Source: the human T2T-CHM13v2.0 reference genome, Homo sapiens. Taken from it: a stretch of DNA of 64,000 nucleotides. The stretch spans positions 24,928,001 through 24,992,000 of the forward strand of contig CP086569.2 in NCBI GenBank assembly GCA_009914755.4, read 5' to 3'. Shown one piece after another: positions 41,901 to 53,470 of the stretch. Made by a program: the position numbers and the translations under genes. The first letter of the stretch is position 1; each line of letters opens with the position of its first letter. Under the pieces are notes generated by a model. It saw only the letters and a program-made list of their open reading frames with translations, did not search any database and was not told the DNA's origin.

Positions 41901-44900
41901 CAAAAAACCAGTTATTGATTTCATTGATTTTTTGAAGGATTTTTTTTCTCTCTATCTCTTTCAGTGTTGCTCTCATCTTAGTTATTTCTTGCCTTCTCCA
42001 AGCTTTTGATTTTGTTTGATCTTGCTTTGCTAGTTCTTTTAATTGTGATGTTAGGGTGTCAGTTTTCCTGGTTTTTCTTGTGTGTTTAGTGCCACACATT
42101 TCCCTCTACACACTACTTTAAATGTGTCCCAGAGATTCTGGTACATTGTGTCATTTTTCTCATTGGTTTCAAAGAACATCTTTGTTTCTGGTTTCATTTC
42201 ATTTCTTACCCAGCAGTCATTAAGGAGCAAGTTGTTCGGTTTTCACATAGTTGTGAAGTTTTCAGTGAATTTCTTAATCCTCAGTTCTAATTTGATTGCA
42301 CTGTGGTCTGAGAGACAGTTTGCTATGATTTCTGTTCTTTTACATTGGCTGAGGAGTGCTTTACTTCCAGTTATGTAGTCAATTTTAGAATAAGTGTGAT
42401 GTGTTCTGTAGATATCTATTAGGTCTGCTTATTGCAGATCTGAGTTCAGGTCCTGAATATCCTTGTTGATCTTCTGTCTTATTGATCTGTCTAATACTGA
42501 CTGTGAGGTGTTAAAATCTCCCATTATGATTGCATGGGAGTCTAAATCTCTTTGTAAGTCTCTAAGGACTTGCTTTATGAATCTGGGTGCTCTTGTATTG
42601 GATGCATACATATTTAGGATACTTAGCTCTTCTTCATTAATTGATCCCTTTATCATTATGTAATGGTCTTCTTTGTCTCTTTTGATCTTTGCTGGTTAAA
42701 TGTCTGTTTTATCAGACTATGATTGCAACCCCTGCTTTGTTTTTCTCTGTTTTTTTTTTTTCTTTCCATAGACTTGGTAGATCTTCTTCCATCCCTTTAT
42801 TTTGAGCCTATGTGCATCATTGCATATGAGATGGGTCTCCAGAATACAGCACACTGATTCATCTTGACTCTATGCAATTTGCCAGTCTGTGTCTTTTAAT
42901 TGGGGCATTTAGCCCATTTACATTTAAGGTTAATATTGTTATCTGTGAATTTGATCCTGTCATTATGACGTTTGCTGGGTAGTTTGCCCATTAATTAATG
43001 GAGTCTCTTCATAGCATTGATGTTGTTTACAATTTGGCATGTTTTTGCACTGGCTGGTACCAATTGTTTCTTTCCAAGTTTAGTGCTTCCTTCATGATCT
43101 CTTGTAAGGCAGGCCTGGTGGTGACAAAATCTCTCAGAATTTGCTTCTCTGTAAAGGATGTTATTTCTCCTTCACTTACAAAGTTTAGTTTGGCTGGATA
43201 TGAAATTCTGGGTTGAAAATTCTTTTCTTTAAAGATGTTGAATGTTGGTCCCCACTCTCTTCTGGCTTCTAGAGTTTCTGCCAAGAGATTCGCTGTTAGT
43301 CTTATGAGCTTACCTTTGTGGGTAACTCAACCTTTCTCTCTGGCTGCCCTTAATATTATTTCCTTCATTTCAACCTTGGTGAACCTGACAATTATGTGTC
43401 TTCATGTTGCTCTTCTCGAGGAGTGTCTCTGTGGTTTTTTCTGTATTTCCTGAATTTGAATGTTGGCCTATCTTGCTAGGTTGGGGAAGTTTTCCTGGAT
43501 GATATCCTGAAGATTGTTTTCCAGCTTGGTTCCATTCTTTCCATCACTTTCAGGTACACCAATCAAATGTAGATTTGGTCTTTTCACTTAGTCCTATATT
43601 TTTTGAGGCTTTGTTTATTTCTTTTTGCTGTGTTTTCTCTAACCTTGTCTTCTTGTTTTATTTTATTAATGTAATCTTTAGTCACTGATATCCTTTCTTC
43701 CACTTGATTGAATCAGCTACTGAAGCTTGTGGTATATGTCACAAAGTCCTTGTGCCATGGTTTTCAACTCCATTAAGTCATGTAAGGTCTTCTCTACATT
43801 GTTTATTCGAGTTAGCCTTTCATCTAATCGTTTTTCAAGGTTTTAACTTTCTTGTGATGGTTTTGAACATGCTACTTTAGTTTGGAGAAGTTTGTTATTA
43901 CTGACCTTCTGGAGCCTACTTCTGTCAACTTGTCAAAGTGATTCTCCATCAGGTTTTGTTCTGTTGTTTGTGAGGAGCTGTAATCCTTTGGAGGAGAAGA
44001 GGTGCTCTCAGTTTTAGAATTTTCAGCTTTTCTGCTCTAATTTCTCCCCATCTTTGTGGTTTTATCTACCTGGATTTTTGAAGTTGGTGATCTACAGATG
44101 GGGTTCTGCATAGATGACCTTTTTGTTGATGTTGCTGCTATTCCTTTCTGTTTCTTAGTTTTCCTTCAAACAGTCAGGTCCTTCAGCTTCAGGTCTATTG
44201 GAGTTTTGTGGAGTTTCAATACAGATTCTGTTTGCCTGGGCATCACCAGCAGAGGCTTCAGAACAGCAAATATTGCAGAACAGCAAATATTGATGCATGA
44301 TAATTTCTGTGGAAGCTTCATCCCAAAGGAGCTGCCACCTATATGAGGTGTCTGTTGACCTTTACTTGGAGGTGTCTCCCAGTTGGGCTACATGGCAATC
44401 AAGGACCCACTTCAGGAGGCAGTCTGTCCATTCTCTGCACTCAAACAGCATTCTAGGAGAACCACTGCCCTCTTCAGAGCTGTCAGACGGAGATGTTTAA
44501 GTCTGCAGAAGCTGTCTGCTGCCTTTTTTTCAGCTATCCCCTGCCTACAGAGGTGGAGTCTTGAGGCAGTAGGCCTTGTTGAGCTGTGGTGGTCTCCACC
44601 TAGTTTGAGCTTCCTGGGTGCTGTGTTTACCGACTCAAGCCTTAACAATGATGGCTGTCCCTCTACCAGCTAGGCTGCCACCTCGGAGCTTGATCTCAGA
44701 ATGCTGTGTTAGCAGTTACCAAGGCTCTGTGAGTGTGGGACCCACCAAGCAAGGCATGGGAGAGAATCTTTTTGTCTGCCAGTTGCAAAGACCTTGGGAA
44801 AAGTGCAGCATTTGGGTGGGAGTGTCCTGTTTTTCCAAGTAGTTTGTCACAACTTCCCTTTTCTAGGAAAGGGAAATCTCCTGATCCCTTTTGCATCCCA

Positions 44901-45084
44901 GGTGGGGTGACTCCCCAACCTGCTTTAGCTCTCCCTCAATGGGCTGCACCCACTGTCCAACCAGTCCCAATGAGAAGAACCAGGTACCTGAGTTGGAAGT
45001 GCAGAAGTCACTCATCTTCTGTGTCGATCATGCTGGGAGCTGCAGACTGGAGCTGTTCCTATTTGACCATCTTGGAACACCCTC
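38962..45084 (-). mobile_element. Full-length (~6.1-kb) L1PA element on the minus strand with a 16-17-bp TSD; ORF1 and ORF2 are disrupted by multiple stops and frameshifts, so it is not retrotransposition-competent
   Basis: The plus strand shows the poly-A complement 'atttatttgtttatttatttatt' followed by the antisense L1 3' end 'atactttaagttctagggtacatgtgcacaacatgcaggtttg'. It runs through antisense ORF2 and ORF1 to the antisense 5'UTR, ending 'ggagctgttcctatttgaccatcttggaacaccctc' at 45084, the reverse complement of 'GGGGGAGGAGCCAAGATGGCCGAATAGGAACAGCTCC'. The ORF track shows only short fragmented minus-strand ORFs here (120, 121, 75, 85, 73, 96 aa). Confidence 0.9.
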
Positions 45085-45116
45085 AGAAAAATAAATAGGA
45101 TGCATTTTTAAAGGTA

Positions 45117-45406
<290 letters not shown>

Positions 45407-47539
45407 AAGGTAAATTCTCTATTTAAGTGCTCATACATCCAGTTTTGTTGAACATATACTTTAAACCTGTGTTACAGATAAACGTGAATTGCAGGGTTTT
45501 CTTGTTTTCTTCACCCACTTCCCTGTCCCTTTCAATCAGCTGGCTGTGAGATCACTTAAACCAGGGACCTGAGGCTCAGGACTGGCCCAAGGGGTGTTGT
45601 GGGTGCCCCTCTGCATTTCAAGGTCACTGTGTGGCAGGGTCAGGTCTTTGGCTGGAGAAAAGTGCATTGTGTCACCAGAGGAGGTCTTGGTCAGTTGATT
45701 TGAGAAACAACACAAGCACTAATATTTGGAATGTCCCAGGTTAGTGTTGGGGAAACCAGCCCCACATCACCTGATGGGTACCCCAATACTGGCAGAGACA
45801 AATGAGTTGCAAAGAGACAGAATAACTGCTTAAAGGTTGGGACCAGGGGTCTGGAGCATAGGAGGCTTGCTTACAGCCCAGATCTCTAGGGCTCCACCCA
45901 ATTTATTGGTTTACAAGCTCTTTGTTCTCATGGTAGCTGCGAGGATGAGGAAGCGATGAGGAAAAGGATTAGCCAGTGAAGGAGAACTCACGAGTCATTC
46001 AATAAGGTGTATAGTGGGGGCAGTTTCTGTGAATTTCCTAGAGCAAAGGCGTATGTCTAAACTACTTAAGATCTTTAAATTATTGGGGCTGAAACAGTTC
46101 AGAGTGGGTTTCAGGAAGAGCCAAGATATTTGATTATACTCTACTGCTTCAAGGGAGTGTTATCTCCCTGAGCAACCTGTGAAATGCTGCTGAGCAGTTA
46201 CGCTCTCAGGGCATATAGACTTGAAGGCAATAAGGAGACTTTTCTCCACAGAAGCAGCCCATGGCTCCCCATGGATGTCTCACAGAGGGTAGACCAACTC
46301 ACCTGGAACCTGAGAAACTCTCTTTTCCAATTACAGATTGTTGGTTTAGACCAAAAGCAGTAAAAGAGATAAACAAAGCGTATTGGAGTGGCCCTGTGGT
46401 GACAGCATTTTCTGGCTGGGCCTCAGAGTCCCACAAAACCTCCCCTGCTATCTGATCTCTTGTAGAGGGACATGAATAAAATGGACCACTCAAGGACCAT
46501 CAGAACCACTGGGCTTGGCCTTGGACTTTCCAGGAGACAAGAACATTTGAAATCCACTGACTGCCAGGTACTGTCATCCTATGGGCCATGGGACCATCTC
46601 ACCTATTCAGTTCCCCTCTACCATCTAGTAGTGAGTAGAGCATGGAGTGGGCCTAGGGATGACAGGGCCCTGTCACTGTGATCAAGTCAGACCCCAGGGA
46701 GGAGAAAACCACCAGCAAGGAGCCCATGTCAGGGGCCAGGTTTGGGGAGCAGCTTTCTCTAACCTTACACTTGCTCCTGCAGCCTGACTCATCACTTGAA
46801 TTCACATATATATTTGGAGAATGGAGACAACAAACTTAGAACAAGACACACAGGCCTGCCACCTAAAGACAAACCCAGCTGTCATTGTGGGGTGTTTATT
46901 TTTATTATTTTCTTTTTTTTACTCTTCTCATGTTTCTGATACATATCAGTGCTTTTTGAGCACCCTCCTTGCACTCTGTGATCTTCCTTTGATGAAGAGG
47001 ATCCTTTAAGGATAAGAAAAGTATATAGGTTGGCCAGCTGTGGATCTGGTCTACATGTGGGGTAGGCCTACATCTTGGCTGGCCTTCACACCATGTGCAC
47101 ATTTGCTCCTTCATTTCACATAACATTATGACTATAGCATCTTTCTTGACACCTCATGTGCCTGCTTATATTTAGATCCTGCACTGCCTAGGTGTGTGAC
47201 CCTAGGCAGATTCATGTGACATCTCACCTGTACAATAGGGATGCTGCCAGGACCTGCCATGGGATTGTTGCAAATGTTAAGGGGCGGTGGTTATCAAAAG
47301 CCTGAGTACCATTGAGACACAGTGAGCATTCACAAAATACCAATTCTTTTTTTATCAACTGTTGCCTAATAGATCTTTAGGATAAACTGTCGTTTATTCA
47401 CATAACTAGTAAGCTCTTGTTAATTGTTTTCCTAGTTTCAAAACTGGAGAACAATACTTCATTGAAAGTCATTGTAAATAAAGTGCTAAAATATTATCGT
47501 TTTCCAGTAATAGGCTTTATTAAGTGTTTCAAGTTGGCC

Positions 47540-48429
47540 AGGTCAATCAGAGCCTGGCCAAAGTCTTTGCAACCACAGGGAAAATGGTAAAGGCATTGCA
47601 ATTTGTGATATCCTGGAGCCCACAGCCACTAGTAGCCAAATTGAAACAGGAACCCACATTCTTAGCTTGGCTTCAGTTTCTTTCCGGGTCTTACTGAGAG
47701 GTGAAGCCAGGCTTCTGGGTGGGTGGGGACTTGGAGAACTTTTCTGTCTAGCTAAAGGATTGTAAACACACCAATCAGCACTCTGTGTCAGGCTAAAGGT
47801 TTGTAATTGTACCATTCAGGGCTCTGTGTCTAGCTAATTGGGTGGGGACTTGGATAACTTTTGTGTCTAGCTAAAGGACTGTAAACACCCCAATCAGCAC
47901 TCTGTGTCTAACTGAAGGTTTGTAAATGCACCAGTCAGCACTCGGTCAAAAGGGACCAATCAGCTCTCAGTAAAATGGACTAATCAGCACTCTGTAAAAT
48001 GGACCAAACTGAGCTCTGTATAATGGAACAATCAACGCTCTGTAAAATGGAACAATCAGCAGGACATGGATGAGGCCAAATAAGGGAGTAAAACCTGGCC
48101 ACCTAAGCCAGCAGTGGCAACCCGCTTCATTCCCCTTCCATGCTGTGGAAGATTTTTCTCTTGCTCTTCAAGATAAATCTTGCTGCTCCTCACTCTTTGG
48201 GGCAGCACTGCCTTTATGAGCTGTAACACTCACCATGAAGGTCTGCAGCTTCACTCCTGAAGTCTGCGATACCACGAACCCACCAGAAGGAAGAAACTCG
48301 ACACATCCGAACATCAGAAGGAACAAATTCCGGACACACCATGTTTAAGAACTATAAAACACACCATGAGGGCCCGCGGCTTCATTCTTGAAGTCAGTGA
48401 GGCCAAGAACCCCCGAATTCTGGACACAG
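47540..48429 (+). mobile_element. Solo LTR12-family LTR (HERV9 LTR) with an internal CCAAT-rich tandem-repeat array
   Basis: Diagnostic LTR12 blocks: 'ggacttggagaacttttctgtctagctaaaggattgtaaacacaccaatcagcactctgtgtc'. The repeat array reads 'aaggtttgtaaatgcaccagtcagcactcggtcaaaagggaccaatcagctctcagtaaaatggactaatcagcactctgtaaaatggaccaaactgagctctgtataatggaacaatcaacgctctgtaaaatggaacaatcagcagg'. The U3/R/U5 part reads 'ggccaaataagggagtaaaacctggccacctaagccagcagtggcaacccgcttcattccccttccatgctgtggaag...aataaatcttgctgctcctcactctttgggg...ctgtaacactcaccatgaaggtctgcagcttcactcctgaag...gagggcccgcggcttcattcttgaagtcagtgaggccaagaacccccgaattctggacacag'. The 5' boundary is uncertain (between 47540 and 47695). Confidence 0.8.
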
Positions 48430-50264
48430 TACTGCTCTGGTCTGAGAGAGCCTCTGCCCACAAAAATATGGTGTCCTCTGTGTCCCGCAGGTCACTGCAG
48501 GGTGGCGAGATGTACCAGTATGGGCACGACCATGATGCTCCCACCCTCCCCTTCATCTTTCCTGGTCCTTTCCTCTGCCCACTGGTTGCTTGCAGTAACA
48601 TGCTAGAGTCCTCTATGGCTGCAACTGAATCATGGCTGAGGCCTCTACCACTGGCATCCTCCAAGGAAGTTTCCTTCCAGGCTCGGCAGTTGGTCTACAG
48701 TTAGGGGCTGGACTTCATGATGCACACTGCAGACACCTCTGTGGCTGTGTCTATTGATACCTTTGGTGATGCCTACATGTGGATCTCCTTTGACAGATCT
48801 TGATTGAGTTTTTGAGCTGGATATTGTGACTACTCAGTTCTTGTTTTGTTTTAAGGGAGAGGAAGTGGGGTAGAGCCAGGATTTCCTGCTGGAATCTGTG
48901 GTACTTAATTAGGCTTCAAACCAGTAGAGCTGGAACAAAGACTCTTCCTAGAGTCTCTGACACCACAGATTATTTCTCATATATTTCATTTTGAAAATAA
49001 AAATGTATCCACATGACTGAAAAATACAGAAGTGAGGCAAGAGTTACACAGAAGGAGCTGCCACCATGTGCACCTAAACCTAGTGCCCTGAGTTACCTGT
49101 TAACACCAGGTACAACAGAGGAAGGCTGAGCTTCTTAGACTCCTAACCTTTCATCCACCCTCAGCCAATGGTAGGCATATCATGAGTTTAGTTTCCTTCT
49201 TAGTGATCATTGAAGTTGTAAGCAATTGTAGAATATATATATTTAGATATCTATTTCATCAGTCCAATACAGGACAATCTTGAGACTGTCCTCTTGTAAG
49301 GAGTATATTGGCATTGTGAATTCACCTACGTTTCTTAGTATTCTATGGGTAATACATATTTTGTCTTTAGCTTTCTGTTTTCTTGTCATTTCTAATTGCC
49401 TTTTCTTCTTTCCATTTTAAATTAAACTGTCTACTTTTATTACATCCTTAATGTTTTCCTGCATTTCTAACCTGCCATCTGAAAAGTCACTGCTGGACGC
49501 CTTCCTTTTCCCCTTTCCCATCCAACCAACATCTCTCTAGGCCTGGGGTGGGTCTGTCATTCCCAGAGCTTTTATAATTGCCTCTCTGGGTTTTTACGTG
49601 TGAAATTCTATTTCGCTACTGCAGCTTTGGAACAAATCTCCCAGAGAGCTAGACAATTTTCTTATGATTTATTTTTTTAATTGTATGTGCTTTTGAAATA
49701 TATTTCAGATTCTCTCTTCCATTTTTTTTTGAAAGCTACACATTTTAAGAGAATTTGAAGCTATCTTTCCTAATCTCTGGATTTTCCTCTTATCTTCCTA
49801 AATTTTGTTTTAAAGAGGGTCAATTTATCTATTTTTTCTTTTGTTTTCTGTGCATTCTCTGTCATACCCAGGAAACTTGATGAATTCAATGTCAATAAGT
49901 CCATAAAAATATGTTTGACATCACTAGCCATTAGGTAAAGGAATATCTAAACCACAATGATATTACCACTTTTTACCCACTAGAATGTGATTTTTATTTT
50001 TTTGAAGAAGGGACAACTGGAGAGTATGTGGAGACAATGGAACCCTTGTGCATTGCTGGTGAGAAAGTGAAATGGTGGTGATGGTTGCACAATAACACAA
50101 ACATACTTAATGCCACTTACGTATACACCTACAAATGCTTAGATTGGTAAATTTTATGTTACATTTCTTTTACTAAATACAACAAAGTCTTCCTGAGAAC
50201 TGGTCCTGAAATAGTTCCATGTGAATGAAAGAAGACCCGTCTCTCCTAGAGGGAGTAGAAGCTT

Positions 50265-50566
50265 TTATTTATTTATTTACTTTGAAATTGAGTCTTGCTC
50301 TGTGGCTCAGGCTGGAGGAAAGTGGTGCGACCTCTGCTCACTGCAAGCACTACCTCCCATCTTCACACCATTCTCCTGCATCAGCCTCCCGAGTAGCTGG
50401 GACTAAAGGTGCCCACCATCATGCCTGGCTAACTTTTTGTACTTTTTAGAAGAGACGGGATGTCACCATGTTAGCCATGATGGTCTCGATCTCTAGACCT
50501 CATCATCCACCCTTCTTGGCCTCCCAAAGTGCTGGGAATACAGGCTTGAGCCACCACACCTGGCTG
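50265..50566 (-). mobile_element. Alu SINE (minus)
   Basis: 'ttttatttatttatttactttgaaattgagtcttgctctgtggctcaggctggaggaaagtggtgcgacctctgctcactgcaagcactacctcccatcttcacaccattctcctgcatcagcctcccgagtagctgggactaaaggtgcccaccatcatgcctggctaactttttgtactttttagaagagacgggatgtcaccatgttagccatgatggtctcgatctc...ggcctcccaaagtgctgggaatacaggcttgagccaccacacctggctg'. Confidence 0.9.
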
Positions 50567-53470
50567 AGTAGGAACCTTTTTATCCATGCTGGTACCACAC
50601 ACTCCTGGCTCTTCCACACACAAAGCATGACCTCACAAATCACAAGCAGTCCAATTCTAACTGGTCTGTTTGCACCTCTTTCCAACATCCTATTCCCCTA
50701 TTCAACTTACTCCCTGCCCCGCTACAAGCCACTGTACATCACAGGTTTGCTTACCTTCTCTGTAGACTTTTCTATAATGTCATAGGAATGCTATCATACA
50801 ATATGTGATCTCTTCAGACTGGCACTTTTTGTTACTAATGTTTTCTCGTTATTCCATAATTGCTGCCAAAATAAGCATGCATGTCTTGTGCCACAGAAAA
50901 CTGATCACACACTAAGCTCTACTTAGTAAAAACTAAAAAAAAAAAATGCTAGTACATATTGTCACATTTATACCCTTATTTTTTTAATTCATGATTTCTA
51001 CAATGAATAAATGGATGAATAAAGTACACTGACACACAAATATTCTGCCTTGCCAGTCCAGCTGAGCATTGGGCTGATTACAGACCCCAGGCAGAGTGTT
51101 GTAAACAGTTTTGACTGTGACCCGTACCAGCTAGTGAGACTCGCATTTATTAAGTAAAGATTAATTGACCAAGGCTTTAAGTCAACACCACTAAAGGGTA
51201 AATGACAGTGTGGACTTCCCAATTAGAAAGCAATTAATCACTGTGGTAAGTCAAAGATTAGTCTTAGGACCACATGAACAAACAAGCTATTAAGATAAAC
51301 ACCCCATATTCCTTTGTTTCTACTCTAACTTATTTAACTAAATGGAAAAGGCTGCCTTTAGCCAAGTTTATTACTGGAGCTTATGCCAATCCCCAAAGCC
51401 TTCCAAGAAGGTTTGCATCTGATAATTTTCCCCACCATCCTGACTGAACCCACACAGATGTCAAAGCTGCAATAAGAATTTCTGGAGTACAAACTAGTTT
51501 CTCTGGGAATTGAAAAAGCCATTGATTTCAATTTCAGTACATATATTCATTGCTTAATACATGATACAGATTAGAACTCTGGAGGTTTACCTTCTTGAAT
51601 CTGCTTTTTCAAAAATGAGACAAAGTGTAAAATCACATGTATTTGGTCTGTTAGTTTTTCTTCACCTTTCAAAACATGGCACTTCCTTTGATTGATATTT
51701 GAAGACAGAGACTAATTTATTAAAATATTTTTCACTGTCCTTTTCATTGTTGCTTTTACACATTACATGTGAAATTGCTGGAAACTTCAACAGTGCACAT
51801 TTTAAATAAGAATAAAAGACAGTTGGCATCTAGCAAGATGGTTGAAAAAGAGCAGCTCTGGTCTGCAGCTTCCAGTGAGATCAACACAAAAGACAAGTGA
51901 TTTCTGTGTTTCCACCTGAGGTACCCAGTTCATCTCATTGGGACTGGTTAGACATTGAGTGAGGCCCACAGAAGGCAAGCAGAAGCAGGGTGATTGTTGC
52001 CTCACCCAGGAAGCGCAAGGGGCTAGAAACTTCCTCCCACAGCCAAGGAAAGCCATCTGGGGCTGTGTCATCAAGCCCGTATCCTGCACTTTTCACAGGG
52101 TTTTTGCAACCCACAGACCAGGAGATTCCCTAGTGTGCCTACAGAACCACAACCCTGGATTTCAAGCATGAAACTGGGTGGCTGCTTTGACACATACTGA
52201 GCTAGATGCAAAAGATTTTTTTTGTACCCCAGTGGCACCTGGAACCCTACTGGGACAGAACAATTCACACCCCTGGAAAGGGGGCTGAAGCTAGGGAAAA
52301 AAGTGGTCTCATTCATCAGGTCCCATTCACATCAAACACAACAAGCTGAGATCTACTGGCTTCAAATTCTCACTACGTGCATAAAAGCCTGAAGTCAACC
52401 TTGAATGATCAAGCTTGGTGGGGAGAGGGTCGACCACCATTACTGAGGCTTACATATAAGGGTTTCCCTAACAGTATTAAGAAAGCTGCCAGGAAGTTTG
52501 CAAAAGCATGCAAAGCAGCTGTGGCCAGATTGGCTCTCTAGATTCCACCTCACTGATTATGTCATTTCTGAAAGAATGGCAGCAGCCCCAGTCAGGGGAT
52601 TATACTTAAAACTCCCATCTCCCTGGGACAGACCACCTGGGAAAAGGGATGGCTGCGAGTGAAACTGCAGCAGACTTAAACATTCCTGCCTGCCTGTTGT
52701 GAAGAGAGCTGTGTATCTCTGAGAACAGTGTTCAAGCCCTGCTCAGGGACAGATTGCCTTTTCAACTATGCCCCTTACCCCTGTGTCTCCTGACTAGGGA
52801 ACACATCCCAGCAGGTTTCAACAGACACTTCATACAGAAGAGCTCTGGCTGGCACCAGTCAGGACCCACTCAGGGCAAAATCTTCCACTTATTGCTGTTC
52901 TGCAACTTCAGATGGTCATACCCAGTAAAGCAGCATCTGAAGTAGACCTCTTGCAAACTCCAGCAGACCTGCAGAAGAGATGCCTGACTGATCAACATCA
53001 ACAAAAAGGGCGCTCATACAAAAACCCAATCCAAAGTCCATCGGCATAAAATATCCCAGGTAGATAAATCCATGAGAAATAGGAATAACCAGCACAAAAG
53101 AGCTGAAAATTCAGAAAATTAGAACGCTTCTTCTCCTCAAAATGATTGCAACTCCTCCCCAGCAAGGGCGCAAAAGTGAATGGAGAAGGAGTTTGATGAA
53201 TTGGCAGAAGTAGGCTTCAGATGGTGTGTAATAACAAAATTATCTGTGGTAAAGGAGTATGTTCTAACCCAATGTTAGGAAGCTGAGAACCTTGATAAAA
53301 TGTTACAGGAACTGCTAACTAAAACAACCAGTTTAGAGAAGAACATGTATTACCTAATGGAGCTCACAAACACAGTGCAAGAAACATTGTGAAGCAAAAA
53401 CAAGTATCATTGGTCGAGTCAATGAAAAGGAAGAAAAGATATCACAGATTATAGATCAACTTAATGAAAT

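Noticed and set aside
39351-45098. Multiple 70-121-aa ORFs on both strands
   Set aside because: All lie inside the full-length minus-strand L1. The minus-strand ones are broken ORF1/ORF2 pieces and the plus-strand ones are antisense chance ORFs.
47530-47690. Possibility that LTR12 is the 3' LTR of a HERV9 provirus whose env lies upstream (45409-47539)
   Set aside because: The upstream block shows no env-like ORF or polypurine tract that I can recognise. Downstream of the LTR there is no PBS either, so a solo LTR is the simpler reading. RepeatMasker could overturn this.
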